DNA of 63,531 bases, counting the filler, from Octopus bimaculoides (taxonomy: Eukaryota): assembly GCF_001194135.2 (NCBI RefSeq). It is 5 parts of 5 records of this genome, joined end to end, with 100 filler letters (N's around TTAATTAATTAA, not from the genome) between each part and the next. Parts side by side here need not be neighbours in the genome. Positions count along the whole stretch, not along the records: positions 55,957 to 63,531 come from NC_068991.1; 4 more parts are not named here. One strand, 5' to 3'. The notes beneath the pieces are model-generated. The model had not been told where the DNA came from and did no database searches. It saw only the letters and a program-made list of their open reading frames with translations. Of this stretch, positions 62,761 through 63,531 are shown piece by piece (position 1 is the first letter of the stretch; every line of letters starts with the position of its first letter). A program made the translations under genes and the position numbers.

Positions 62761-62926
62761 TAATGAGTTAACTATCTCTGAATTCAACTGAGTTGCAAAA
62801 ACATTCTATGTTGGTGTGGTGTTCTTATTTCTTTCAATCATTTCGCCAATACAATTATATAGTCTGCGAGGCTATATCTGTGTACGTGTGACTGAATGTG
62901 TGAATGTAGTATCCGCGTGTGTATTT

Positions 62927-62961
<35 letters not shown>

Positions 62962-63258
62962 TGAATTACAGAATAGCAAGAGTTACGCAATCACTTCCAT
63001 TCTAAGTTCACTTGCCCGAGAAGTAAATTTGCCTGAATTCTTTCCTCGTTGACGTCATCATCGTCGTCATGGTCGTCTCCATTGTCGTTGTCGTAATGTT
63101 CCTCATAATGTTTTAGCAGTCTATATGCATACTTCAAGCAGATTCGGATACCTCCAATCATATCCATGGACAGTTGCGAGGCCAAAGAAGGGATTGAACT
63201 CAGCATGCAAAGAACCTTAATATATATATATATATATATATATGTAATCATAAACATA

Positions 63259-63408
63259 CAGGGATTAGCATTGAGTTGCTTCTCTAACATACTGAAAATT
63301 TAGATATAGCACTCAAAGAACTACTGATTCTAAACTACAAATTTTTCTCTTTGACTGCTATTTCTAAATTTTCAGTATGTTGGAGAAGCAACTCAATGCT
63401 AATCCCTG
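63259..63408. mobile_element. 150-bp hairpin MITE (Tc1/mariner/pogo-type ends)
   Basis: TA|CAGGG...CCCTG|TA; 63259-63319 is the reverse complement of 63348-63408 with 3 mismatches. Confidence 0.85.
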
Positions 63409-63531
63409 TATATTTATGATGATAAATGATTTTACCGATAAAGGTTTTTTCATACTGAACTACTTGGCAAAATTGTTAATTATTAATTCTATTACTAATT
63501 GACGATTCCCTGCCCTTATTCTTGTATATAT

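Overview
AT-rich, gap-ridden animal genomic DNA packed with microsatellites and transposable-element debris. The SINE families and repeat density resemble an octopus (coleoid cephalopod) assembly; this is inference from memory, not a database result. I can support no intact host protein-coding gene, tRNA/rRNA gene or CRISPR array, and almost all supplied ORFs are artefacts of N-gaps and simple repeats. Supported content: (1) many tRNA-derived SINE copies of about 4 types; (2) decayed retroelement fragments (CR1-like with a CCCH-finger ORF1, R4/Dong-like, CRE-like, RTE, Penelope GIY-YIG); (3) DNA-transposon relics (DD41D/rosa-type mariner split by a SINE, mariner-derived and long-hairpin MITEs, a Helentron-type HINE, a Helitron helicase fragment, an hAT end, an unassigned transposase-like relic); (4) assembly artefacts (four TTAATTAATTAA linkers, two apparently misplaced contigs). 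Best leads: two minimal hammerhead-ribozyme-like motifs (49912-49957, 60999-61100), a GC-rich island with crossing base-pairings (50281-50412), a MITE flanked by a 97-bp direct duplication (36415-37172), and a minisatellite apparently built from an RTE tail (38981-39530). None is demonstrated to be a new functional system.
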